A DNA stretch of 64,000 nucleotides, taken from positions 1 through 64,000 of the IMG/VR virus record IMGVR_UViG_3300023174_005626; one strand, written 5' to 3'. Each line of letters starts with the position of its first letter. Within the stretch, counting starts at the first letter, position 1. The translations under genes were made by a program, and so were the position numbers. Below, one piece after another: positions 9,662-19,273 of the stretch. This DNA comes from a virus (lineage: Duplodnaviria; Caudoviricetes). The notes below the pieces were generated by a model that had not been told where the DNA came from, ran no database searches, and saw only the letters and a list, made by a program, of their open reading frames with translations.

Positions 9662-12600
9662 TTACTGAGTATTTTGTTTTGAATTTATCTAAGGCACTTT
9701 CTCCTTTAATCACACCAAAATAGAAATGGAATGGAGCACCAACAATAAAACGTGAAGATGCTGCGCCAGTTTCTGAATAGTTTCCATTAACATCTACACT
9801 AAAGATATATCCTCTTTTATATGTGTCATTGTTTGAAGGTGCTGAGTTACTTTGGAAGTAATTGTTTGTATTACCTGTCATGGTTCTGTCTAATGATTGG
9901 TATGCCTTATTTTGTACAATATCAACATAGTCTGTCGCCCAATTATTAAGTTCTGAGCCAAAAATTCGTGTTAGGGTTGTCAACCTCCACTGATAAAAAG
10001 GGACAATTTGTGATTTAATACCATAGGGATATGGATAATACCCAATATTATTTTCACCTCTGAAATCAATTCTTCCTGGTGTTAGATAATCTTTAGATTG
10101 TAAATCTTGAGTTGTAGAAGAAAACCAAACCTCAATAACGGGTTTTGATGGAGTTCCCTCAACTTCTACTGGACCTGTTTGTCCACTAATTATTTGATAA
10201 TATTGTGGCGAAAATTTAATGACACCAAATTCAGAATTTATTGAGATTAATTGAGCCAAATCGGCATCTATTCTTAGTTGAGGTCTACTAAATAATTGAT
10301 TTATTCCACTATCTCCTCCACCGATAATTCTTTGTAAAAAAGATTCATCAGTAATTCTTGAAATTACAAATAAATTTATTAAATCTGATGGGTCAGCATA
10401 TGACGTTGGGTTAAGTTGTTGCATCACATATGCCGCAGTATCTCCTTGTCCTAATATAACTTCATTATAAAAACTATCTTTGAACCCCAAATTCATAATT
10501 GTGGTTGGTGATAATAAATTCAATTTATTAATATGTCCTGGTTGGTCGGCTATTTTACCAACAAACTTATTTGTAAATTCATTATACGGGCTACTTCTAT
10601 AATAAAAATTATTAGTATTTTTATCAAAATAAATTAAGTCTTTACAAAACAAAGGAGCCTTTGGTTTATTTTGTTTATCAAAATAGGTATCAACTTGAAT
10701 TGGGTACATATATAATCCACCATTAATCCAGTTATTAACAAAAGATTGCGATAACACTCCTTGACACAAAGCATAGAAAAATCTCCATCTAAACGCCCAT
10801 TCATTGAAGTTACGAATATCTTTACCAATATCCAATAAAGGTCTTTTTAAAAATTGATAACATCCATTAATAACCGCATCACTATTAGCACAAGTCGTAT
10901 TAACTTTGAACTCAGGACCAATACCCTCATAACAACCTAAACTAACAATATTTTTACAAGTACTTAATGTATCAAAAACATTTTGAGAAGCGTATTGGTC
11001 TTCAATATCTTGAGTTGAGATTGTCGCCCCTCCTGAATAATTTGTTGCCTGTATAGTAACACCATCATCAGATATTATATAAACCGCAAATCCTAAATTT
11101 TGTTGTAACAACGATGGGTTATAATCCCAACTTTTTCCATCTAAAACATCAGAGGATGGAAGTCTATCTGTTCTCATAACATTTTTAGTACTTGTACTAA
11201 TACTCATTGGGTTAGCGGTAAGACTAGGTAAAAGAACATTACTAAAATAAGTTATTTTTGTTGTTGAAAAATTATTAGTTCCGTCAACATAATAATACGC
11301 TCCTCCCGATAAATCTTCGGAAGTTTCATATTTGGCTGGTTCATTAAGTCCACTTGTCCATGAATCGTTACCTGTTGATGTCACTAAACAATTAACACCA
11401 TTCACATTTGCAACGTCACTAAACTGTGGTGCAGTTAATGCATCATAACTACCATAAAATCCAACCACACCTGTTGTAAATGCCGACCATGATTGACCAG
11501 GTACACTTGAGCCATCAATTCCTCCTTTAAAAAAATGTGAGGGATAAAAAATATTATCTTGTGAACTAAAACTTTGTACTGAAATTGCACTATTTGGTAA
11601 TTTTTGTATTGGTATGTTTAATCTTGTGTTTGCAGTAATTGTTAAATCATCTTCATTAGCTAACCCAAATAGTTTTCCTAAACCATATTTGTTTGTATAC
11701 GTTGGTGAATATGGGTCAACACCTCTCTGTAATATTAAAATATATTTCTCTGAAAATGATTCAAATAAATCAGCTATTTTATATTCTGGCGAGTTATATG
11801 TTGTTACCGTACCTCCTGAAGTTTTTTCATTATAAATTACAACTGTTCCAGAATTCATTACATTTGGTAAAAATCCACTAGATGTTGTATCCCACATTGT
11901 TGAAGCTTGTGTAACAGTAAGACCTGTTAATACTTGGAAATATTCAATGTCTGAGGGGTATTTGTAGTTGGTTAATGTTGAACCAGTACTCAAAACATAA
12001 CTCACAGATAAATTACTTAGTTGATTATTTGGGTCACAGTACTCAACATTATATGTTGATACTTCGGGATTGAGTGCGGTTCCACTAATACCTCTAACAT
12101 ATCCTCCTGTGTTACCTGTGTATGTCGCATTAACATCCCTTGTTATTATTGGATTAACAAATGTTAAAAGAAAACCTGGCTCTAATGGGGCATCATATAT
12201 CAATACTAAAGTATTATCGTAGTGTTTTGTTGAATTCATATCAAATGATACACTAATACGATTAAGTCCACTAAAATATTTTTGTCTTAAATTAAAGTTG
12301 TTAATTCTTTCACCAAAAGGTATATAATTTGAATAACTATAAAGTGTATCTCCATTTAACAATGAAGATTCTGAAGATTTCATAACTTTATAAATCTGAT
12401 TATTATTGTTAGTAGTATTATTACCTCCAATAGAACTTGAAAAAGAAAAGGCAACTGATTGTATGTCTTCACTAGCAAACCCTAATTGTTTAATAGGTTC
12501 TTCTAAGTTATTGAAATATAATGATTGATTTGAAAACTGAGTTAACAATGAGCTTAGCGATGAACTTGAGTTTTCAGCATCAACTTCAGACGTACCACAA

Positions 12601-14606
12601 TCACAAGAAGTACAATCAGGATAAGTTAGTACTGGTAAGGTAAAACCTTTAATAGGTTGTCCTTTAACTAAATTAAAAATTATATTAAATGCAATCAATG
12701 AAAGTGTTAACGCAAGTACCGTTAAACCATCTTTAACCGCAGCAGCATAAAACGCAGCCGCAGATACTGATGCTGCTCCCGCCAATATTCCAAATGGTAC
12801 TGCAAGGGGTGAGAGTATTATTGTGGCAGCAAAAGCAGCCGCCATCCCACCGTATGTTGCAGCATCGGTTGAGGCTTTTCCACCTTGTATAAAGTTTTTG
12901 ATTGCAAGAAATACATATACTCCAATTAAAATTCCTACCAGAGCATTTACCCATGGCTTGAGTTTAACTAATAAATTCCAAATAAACGCAACAACATGTA
13001 TTACTATCAATAATGGAATTGATATGATTTGCAATATTTGCATCAAAATTGAAAAAAGGAAAAATAAAAGATTGAAGTTTTTGAACCCGTCATTTGTTGG
13101 GAATTTGTTAACAGTGCTTTCACATGAGTTATCATCAATTTCTTTTATTCCAAGAAATCTTCCTCTTCCCACACCTTTTTTATATTCATCAATTAAATTG
13201 GATACAGTATAAACTCTATTAAACTTAAATTCATAAAAAGTATCTTGACAGTCAATTATTTCATTCAGTTTTTGTATTCTTTCACTACTTGTAAAACCTG
13301 TATTACCACTTGGTACATAACCATTCCAATCTAACCCAAAATAATACGAACTTCTTAATATATTTTGTTGTGTGACATCACTAGGTGATGTGCCTGTATT
13401 ATAATTCGGGTCACTACCTGAACTTGTCCACCCATATTCTCTAACGTTTGGAACGAGAAAATAAGCTCTTCTAGTTTGTTCGGTTAAACTTGCGGGCTGT
13501 TGCCATTTAACTTTAAATCTATATTTTGCCTTGGTTGGTATACCAACTGCAGGGTCATTAGATAAAGTTTTTTCACCGAACTCATTGGTCACATAATAAT
13601 CCAAATTCATCGGTAATTCTGTTAACCATGCTCCACTACCATCAATAATGTTTCCTGCCTGTTCTAATTGATATTGTTCTAATATTGGATTACCGTTTGT
13701 ATCTTGTTGTATTGTTTGTCTGATTGCTAATATCTGACCTGGCGATGTGGTAAGCCCACAAAGATTACCCATGTTATCTCTTGGCTTACAATCTCTTTTT
13801 AATCTGAAATTATCTGCAGATGAAAATATTGAACCCATGAAAACTGATGTTGGTTCAATATTAATATTTGCATCATCTCTTAAATCAAAATCAAGTCGGT
13901 TTACTGCAATTTGGCACAAATCAGGGTCTCCCCATAATGGAGAAACATCAACAATTTTTACAAGGTTTACAATTTGAGGTAATGAATTTAAATCACTTGA
14001 TGTTCTGAATCTACCTCCAGCAACTTGAGCCTCGGTAGCTAATCCCATTCTTATCAAATCTTGAGGTGTTAAAGAAAACTCTCCGATATCCGATAAGTCA
14101 ACATCCATGACTATTGTTTGAGTCCCTAATGGTGCTCCCATAATCATGTAATCACCACTGTCATTTGTTTTTGCGGTAAACTTATAATACTTGTCATATA
14201 ATTCTACCGCAGTAGAACCCGTTAAAGAATCAGCTCTTGATGGTAATGTACCTGTAGCGGCGTGTGTTGAATATGACTTTTCGTACGGTAAAAGATTATA
14301 TCTATATCCGTCCTCGTTCTTATCTGTTGGAGATTTGTATGGGTAAATTGATGAAATGATTGGATTAGATTCATCAATACTTTCAATTGGGATGAACACA
14401 GAAACCCTAGCATTTGGAATACCAAACCCATTGTTTGCAGTTACTCTTCCAACTAAAACTCCGTAATTAGCACAATTTCTTGTGTAGATGTCGGCTTGTT
14501 GAATTTTTAAAGATAAAATCTCCAAGAATTCAAAGTCTTGTTCTAAATCTACATTAATTGTTTTATTAACTCCAAGTTCAGTTCTTATTCTGTAAGATTG
14601 ACCCAT
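9654..14606 (-). CDS. Large baseplate-associated protein with N-terminal carboxypeptidase-regulatory-like beta domain and internal multi-pass hydrophobic segment
   Basis: About 1650 aa. GVLVGRVTANNGFGIPNARVSV...TNDSGDYMIMGAPLGTQTI; long hydrophobic helices around aa 515-650 followed by CxxCxC. Confidence 0.6.
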   Translation of the reverse strand: MGQSYRIRTELGVNKTINVDLEQDFEFLEILSLKIQQADIYTRNCANYGVLVGRVTANNGFGIPNARVSVFIPIESIDESNPIISSIYPYKSPTDKNEDGYRYNLLPYEKSYSTHAATGTLPSRADSLTGSTAVELYDKYYKFTAKTNDSGDYMIMGAPLGTQTIVMDVDLSDIGEFSLTPQDLIRMGLATEAQVAGGRFRTSSDLNSLPQIVNLVKIVDVSPLWGDPDLCQIAVNRLDFDLRDDANINIEPTSVFMGSIFSSADNFRLKRDCKPRDNMGNLCGLTTSPGQILAIRQTIQQDTNGNPILEQYQLEQAGNIIDGSGAWLTELPMNLDYYVTNEFGEKTLSNDPAVGIPTKAKYRFKVKWQQPASLTEQTRRAYFLVPNVREYGWTSSGSDPNYNTGTSPSDVTQQNILRSSYYFGLDWNGYVPSGNTGFTSSERIQKLNEIIDCQDTFYEFKFNRVYTVSNLIDEYKKGVGRGRFLGIKEIDDNSCESTVNKFPTNDGFKNFNLLFFLFSILMQILQIISIPLLIVIHVVAFIWNLLVKLKPWVNALVGILIGVYVFLAIKNFIQGGKASTDAATYGGMAAAFAATIILSPLAVPFGILAGAASVSAAAFYAAAVKDGLTVLALTLSLIAFNIIFNLVKGQPIKGFTLPVLTYPDCTSCDCGTSEVDAENSSSSLSSLLTQFSNQSLYFNNLEEPIKQLGFASEDIQSVAFSFSSSIGGNNTTNNNNQIYKVMKSSESSLLNGDTLYSYSNYIPFGERINNFNLRQKYFSGLNRISVSFDMNSTKHYDNTLVLIYDAPLEPGFLLTFVNPIITRDVNATYTGNTGGYVRGISGTALNPEVSTYNVEYCDPNNQLSNLSVSYVLSTGSTLTNYKYPSDIEYFQVLTGLTVTQASTMWDTTSSGFLPNVMNSGTVVIYNEKTSGGTVTTYNSPEYKIADLFESFSEKYILILQRGVDPYSPTYTNKYGLGKLFGLANEDDLTITANTRLNIPIQKLPNSAISVQSFSSQDNIFYPSHFFKGGIDGSSVPGQSWSAFTTGVVGFYGSYDALTAPQFSDVANVNGVNCLVTSTGNDSWTSGLNEPAKYETSEDLSGGAYYYVDGTNNFSTTKITYFSNVLLPSLTANPMSISTSTKNVMRTDRLPSSDVLDGKSWDYNPSLLQQNLGFAVYIISDDGVTIQATNYSGGATISTQDIEDQYASQNVFDTLSTCKNIVSLGCYEGIGPEFKVNTTCANSDAVINGCYQFLKRPLLDIGKDIRNFNEWAFRWRFFYALCQGVLSQSFVNNWINGGLYMYPIQVDTYFDKQNKPKAPLFCKDLIYFDKNTNNFYYRSSPYNEFTNKFVGKIADQPGHINKLNLLSPTTIMNLGFKDSFYNEVILGQGDTAAYVMQQLNPTSYADPSDLINLFVISRITDESFLQRIIGGGDSGINQLFSRPQLRIDADLAQLISINSEFGVIKFSPQYYQIISGQTGPVEVEGTPSKPVIEVWFSSTTQDLQSKDYLTPGRIDFRGENNIGYYPYPYGIKSQIVPFYQWRLTTLTRIFGSELNNWATDYVDIVQNKAYQSLDRTMTGNTNNYFQSNSAPSNNDTYKRGYIFSVDVNGNYSETGAASSRFIVGAPFHFYFGVIKGESALDKFKTKYSVSE

Positions 14607-14700
14607 CAATACCTTTTCTTATAAATAGTTTATGTGTTATTTTTAAAGGTGTACACATACACAGTTAAAGTATAAGTCAAATGAATAATAAATAAATGTG

Positions 14701-16539
14701 TTAAGAGAATGTTACTGATTGGAAATTCTTAACCGAAACTTTAATATCTTTATTTGGATATCTGATTTGATAGACCTGAGACGGTTGTGCAAAAATTGTG
14801 TCATCAACAGGTGCGATTTGTTTTGTTTCAGCGTCAGAATATTCCATTGAAGTTTCTGCAGATGAATATTGTCCGCCAACTTGATTATAAATACTTAATC
14901 CTGCAACGGTCAAAACACCATTTTGGTTTTGAATAATACTACTTAGTTCTGACAAATATACGTTTTGACCAAGTTGTCTTATTTGTGGGTCAAAGTAAGT
15001 TGAGATTTTATCAATTACGTTTGTAATAATTTGTCCTGAGTTTTGAGCCGAGTCTAAAACAATAGAAACTTCAACGCTTAGGTCAATAACCTCAGCAGTT
15101 AATATTGAAATATAATCGTTCATCATTCTATAGTTAGACAAATAGTTGGCTACGTTTTGTCTTAAAGTATTTGAAACAATACTTGTAAGTTTACCCGAAG
15201 TATCATAGGACAACAATTGAATTAATATTTTATTGTCGTTTTCTGTTACAGATACCTTTGCAGGTGCTCCAAATTCGGATGGCATATTTCTTATGATTGA
15301 CTCATAATCTTGAACTGTTACAGCTCTCTTTTGTGCTGAGAAGTTAAATGAAACGTAGTTTCTAATTTCTTCTAATGAAGGAACTCCTGCCCCACCTACT
15401 GCCGCAGTTACGTTGTTAGCTCTTAGAGAATTAACCACTGATGAGTTTGTTAATTCTGAAGGACCATTAACATATAATGAAACGGTACCAATCTGATTAA
15501 TAACATTTGTTCCCAAGTTTGTCGCCAAACCACCACCAACTCTATATTGAATAAACAATGTTGAATTAGGTGTTAATGTTGAACCTAATGAGAAGTTATT
15601 TGAATATCTTTGTAAATCTAATGTTGTTCCTAAAGTTGTGAATTGGTCAAGGGCGTCTTGAGCTGTATTTGTTCCGCCACCAAAAGTCATTTTCTTAAAA
15701 CCTTCTGATGTATATTCACTAATGAATCTGTTTGAAGTTTGAATATATCTTCCAACTTTAATTCCTGGTTGGTCAGATACTTTTGTTGGGTCTTCAATAA
15801 ACACTCTATCTTCGGCTAACGCATCTACTTCATACCATCTATTTGCGACACCTAAAAATTCTGCGGCTGTTGGTATGTTTGTATATTCTGTACCACTTTT
15901 AAGTAAAACACTTGTAATACCTAATACATTTTTTTCAGGTAAGAATAATTCAAAAAATGGTACCACATCGTTTGGTGTAATTACCTTTTTGAATACTTTA
16001 GTAATACCATTTACTACAAGTTCTCTCTTGGTAATTGTATAGTTTACTAATACGTTGTTTGCGTTGAAGTTAGGTATTTTCAATCTGTTTGGAAAACCTT
16101 GAGCATTATATGGTGATGAAAAATCAACATCATAAATGTTTTCAAAAACAATACCTGCTCCTGTAACTTGAGAACCTCTTGTTAAGATTCCAAGATATCT
16201 TTCATCTTCCTTATCACCGTAAGCTGGGACTGTGATTGAAAAATCAACAAGAGCAACTGAAGGTCTTTGTCCAGGAAGTTTTAATCCATAAGTTCTGGCA
16301 ATGTTATATATTGATGACCTTTGTTGTGCATATTGAAGAACTGTTTCTTGAACACTTCTATCAATATGATAATTCAGGTTATCTGCTACCGCAGCGTTTA
16401 AATCAATAAAAACTGAGAATACAGATGCATCATTAAAATCTTGAATTAATTCAGGATAATATGTTCTTACATAATTGAGAAGTTCGGTTCTTATCCCTTC
16501 AAAATCTCTGGTTGTATATGATATTTTACGATTTGCCAT
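14701..16539 (-). CDS. Baseplate wedge subunit (T4 gp6 / baseplate J-like)
   Basis: 612 aa. RDFEGIRTEL, AQQRSSIYNIARTYG, YRVGGG, GGAGVPSLEEIR...QKRAVTVQDY motifs; adjacent to gp25. Confidence 0.9.
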   Translation of the reverse strand: MANRKISYTTRDFEGIRTELLNYVRTYYPELIQDFNDASVFSVFIDLNAAVADNLNYHIDRSVQETVLQYAQQRSSIYNIARTYGLKLPGQRPSVALVDFSITVPAYGDKEDERYLGILTRGSQVTGAGIVFENIYDVDFSSPYNAQGFPNRLKIPNFNANNVLVNYTITKRELVVNGITKVFKKVITPNDVVPFFELFLPEKNVLGITSVLLKSGTEYTNIPTAAEFLGVANRWYEVDALAEDRVFIEDPTKVSDQPGIKVGRYIQTSNRFISEYTSEGFKKMTFGGGTNTAQDALDQFTTLGTTLDLQRYSNNFSLGSTLTPNSTLFIQYRVGGGLATNLGTNVINQIGTVSLYVNGPSELTNSSVVNSLRANNVTAAVGGAGVPSLEEIRNYVSFNFSAQKRAVTVQDYESIIRNMPSEFGAPAKVSVTENDNKILIQLLSYDTSGKLTSIVSNTLRQNVANYLSNYRMMNDYISILTAEVIDLSVEVSIVLDSAQNSGQIITNVIDKISTYFDPQIRQLGQNVYLSELSSIIQNQNGVLTVAGLSIYNQVGGQYSSAETSMEYSDAETKQIAPVDDTIFAQPSQVYQIRYPNKDIKVSVKNFQSVTFS

Positions 16540-16544
16540 TACTA

Positions 16545-17015
16545 TTAAATATTGATAATAACAAAATCACTTTGTGCAAATGTATTTTTGTTATTTGAAT
16601 AATCTATCTTGATTTTAGCGGTATATTCTGCCGTTCCTTTACCAGGGAATCTATATATTGGTGATGATGATGTTCCGATAACAGCTTGTCCTGTATCTAA
16701 ATCATACTCCTCCTGTGGGTCTAATGGTGTAATTGTTATATTATTCAGAAGTAAGTTTGGCATGTATTTTGCAACGGCATCTCTAATATCTGATTGTATT
16801 GCGTCAAATGTTAATCCATCAAAAGGTTCAAAAATGAACTCATATAATCTTGTACCAAAATCGGGCAAGAAATATCTTGAACCCTTTCTTGTTAAAAGAA
16901 GATGTATTAAGTCTGATTTAATTTCTTCAGATTCAAATTCAGTTAGTGCTAAGTAATCCCCTTGAGTTGAGTTTCTAAAGGGGAAATACAAACCATATGT
17001 TATCCCATCTGCCAT
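16545..17015 (-). CDS. Baseplate wedge / sheath initiator (gp25/GPW family)
   Basis: IKSDLIHLLLTRKGSRYFLPDFGTRLYEFIFEP is the gp25 signature. Confidence 0.92.
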   Translation of the reverse strand: MADGITYGLYFPFRNSTQGDYLALTEFESEEIKSDLIHLLLTRKGSRYFLPDFGTRLYEFIFEPFDGLTFDAIQSDIRDAVAKYMPNLLLNNITITPLDPQEEYDLDTGQAVIGTSSSPIYRFPGKGTAEYTAKIKIDYSNNKNTFAQSDFVIINI

Positions 17016-17035
17016 ATGAGATAAATATACTTAGA

Positions 17036-17241
17036 TTATTTTTTTATTAAAGTGTTACCTTTTTGAGCTATTGGCTCATAAGGACAGTGCCTGCAACCAT
17101 TCCCGCAACAGTATCCTCTATCTAGATGGTACTGTTCAGTAAAAACGATTCTACCGTTTTCTTCATAAAAATGAGAAGGGAGAGTTTTGGCTTCTCCCTC
17201 TTATTGTTATCTATTTCCTTTAATTGAATAGTAGATTCCAT
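17036..17241 (-). pseudogene. Small Cys-rich protein (DUF5522-like) split by a one-base frame change
   Basis: Frame A from ATG 17241 gives MESTIQLKEIDNNKREKPKL. The -1 frame continues LPSHFYEENGRIVFTEQYHLDRGYCCGNGCRHCPYEPIAQKGNTLIKK* (stop 17036) and has no ATG after its last in-frame stop. Confidence 0.6.
17177..17199 (-). terminator. Hairpin downstream of nrdJ, overlapping the DUF5522-like ORF
   Basis: Minus strand AGGGAGAAG-CCAAAA-CTCTCCCT followed by TCTCATTTTT. Confidence 0.5.
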
Positions 17242-17276
17242 TAATAATGTTTTGGACTAAATTATCTTTCATGATT

Positions 17277-19139
17277 TTATACTAGTGTGACTTCACAAGC
17301 TCCACCCGCGCATGCTACCTCTCCGCTTAAGTCAGTATCATCATCCATTTCAACAATTTTTGACAAATCAACATCATGAAGAGTCTTCATTAATTCTTCG
17401 TACTTGTCTTTTGTACAATCTTCAAAAGGTGCTTGAATATAAGTTCCGCCATCATAAGGTAATACTGAAAGACCATTGTAATATTCTTTATTTTCCCACA
17501 TCCACTCACCAACAGCTGGCCACTCATGCTCTCTAATTGAGATTGTTGCCGATACGTTATGTGCATTGTTTCCATTTCTATGTCCAGGTTTAATCCATTC
17601 TTGTTGAACTTTTTTAACTCTTTCCAATAATTGGATTGGTGATTCGTTTCTCAAGATTGACCCTTCAGGTGCTTTTTGTGGTATTCCAATAACTGCAGTA
17701 TCGTGTGGTCTAAAATATTCATCTTCAACTAATTCAGGATGATTATTTTTTAAATGAGAATAAATTGCCTCATTCTTACCAACTCTAACTCTTCTAATAT
17801 AATATTCATTATGCCAAGCGTGAATACCTGATGATGTACCTAAAGTTAATGATGTAGTTCCAGCAGGTTTAACGGTTGTTGTTCTTGCCGATGCGTTGAT
17901 ATTCAATAATTCAGCAACTCTTTTGTTTTCTTCTTTAACTACTTTAGCCGCTGATTTCATGTTTAAACCTAAAACAGCTCCTGAACCAATACCTGTCATT
18001 GATATTCCAATCAACGCGTCTTTCTCGGTTGTTCTCTGCCAAATTGGTCTTAAGTAATGGAAGTTTGTATATCCCGCTTGTAATGTTCCAATGAATGATG
18101 CCGCTCTAACTCTATCTTCATAATCTTCTTGAGATACAACGTTAGATACGTTAACCTCTGTAAGGTTACAGAATTGGAATGGTCTTAATGCGATTTCACA
18201 ACAAGGGTTAGTTCCCCAATCTTTATCGTTACTTAAATAGATACCAGGTTCTCCTGCTCCACTTGCTTCAATTCTCTTCCATAAATCCATAAAGTAATCT
18301 TTAGTGATTTTGTGTCTCATCAAAACTGCAGAATTATTAGCTCTACCTCTTTGTGGATTTGTTTCCCACCAAGCTCCACTCTTACATCCAATCATTTCTT
18401 CGTCAGTCGCTGAGAATAATGATATAAGAGCCGCTCTTCTGATACCACCAGCCAATACTGCATCTGCAATATGACAAACGATATCATGTACTTCAATTGG
18501 TTTTAATTTTTCACCACCTTCTTTTGAATCTAAGATTCCTTCAACCTTAATTAAACATTCTTTCAATGGTTGAGGACCAGGAGCTTTACCACCTGATGTG
18601 ATAAGTCTCGCACCTTTTGGTCTAATATCACTAAAGTCAAATTCAATTTTTGAACCACCAAAGAAGTATGATTTAACTAATACTTTAACAGCATCAGCCC
18701 ATCCTTCAATTGAGTCGGCGACTAACCATCTTCTTCCTCTTTCTTTATTTGGTTTTCTGATTTCAGGTAAAGCATCAACGTGATGTTTTTGTACTGAATA
18801 ACCTACACCTGTTCCGCCTAAAAGTAAGAACATAATTTCAGAGAATACTCTCCAATCATCAATCGGTGCGAAAGCACAGTTATAAATTCTATTTGGTGAA
18901 ATCTCAATTGGTTTTCCTGCAAATTGCATTGACCTCATTGATGGAAGAACTTGTTTTCTGTAAACATACATGTAGTTCTCTCTGATTTCTTTTTCTAATT
19001 TAGGATATTGCTTAATATGCATCTCCATGTTTCTTGTAACTAATTCTTGCCAAGTTTCTCTTCTTTTTAGTTCAGGGATATACTTTGCGTATTTCATATA
19101 CACAGTTATATCCGATAAAATTCTGTTTGAAATGTCCAT
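17277..19139 (-). CDS. nrdJ: Class II (adenosylcobalamin-dependent) ribonucleotide reductase, monomeric RTPR type
   Basis: YNCAF, GGTGVG, TNPCCEI active-site loop, TTVKPAGTTS and C-terminal CAGGAC redox pair; no NrdB nearby. Confidence 0.92.
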   Translation of the reverse strand: MDISNRILSDITVYMKYAKYIPELKRRETWQELVTRNMEMHIKQYPKLEKEIRENYMYVYRKQVLPSMRSMQFAGKPIEISPNRIYNCAFAPIDDWRVFSEIMFLLLGGTGVGYSVQKHHVDALPEIRKPNKERGRRWLVADSIEGWADAVKVLVKSYFFGGSKIEFDFSDIRPKGARLITSGGKAPGPQPLKECLIKVEGILDSKEGGEKLKPIEVHDIVCHIADAVLAGGIRRAALISLFSATDEEMIGCKSGAWWETNPQRGRANNSAVLMRHKITKDYFMDLWKRIEASGAGEPGIYLSNDKDWGTNPCCEIALRPFQFCNLTEVNVSNVVSQEDYEDRVRAASFIGTLQAGYTNFHYLRPIWQRTTEKDALIGISMTGIGSGAVLGLNMKSAAKVVKEENKRVAELLNINASARTTTVKPAGTTSLTLGTSSGIHAWHNEYYIRRVRVGKNEAIYSHLKNNHPELVEDEYFRPHDTAVIGIPQKAPEGSILRNESPIQLLERVKKVQQEWIKPGHRNGNNAHNVSATISIREHEWPAVGEWMWENKEYYNGLSVLPYDGGTYIQAPFEDCTKDKYEELMKTLHDVDLSKIVEMDDDTDLSGEVACAGGACEVTLV

Positions 19140-19273
19140 CTTTGTAAATTTTTAGGTGTAGTTATTTTATTAAAAAATCAACGATTTTTATGATAAATAT
19201 GTGGTCGAACACCAAGCGACCAACAATTTCAGATTAAAAAAATAAGTTTTTTTTTAAAAAAGTAGATATTTAA

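Noticed and set aside
19171-19222. Small inverted repeats upstream of nrdJ as an NrdR box or cobalamin riboswitch
   Set aside because: Stems are short or AT-only, do not match the NrdR consensus, and the region is too short and lacks B12-box features.
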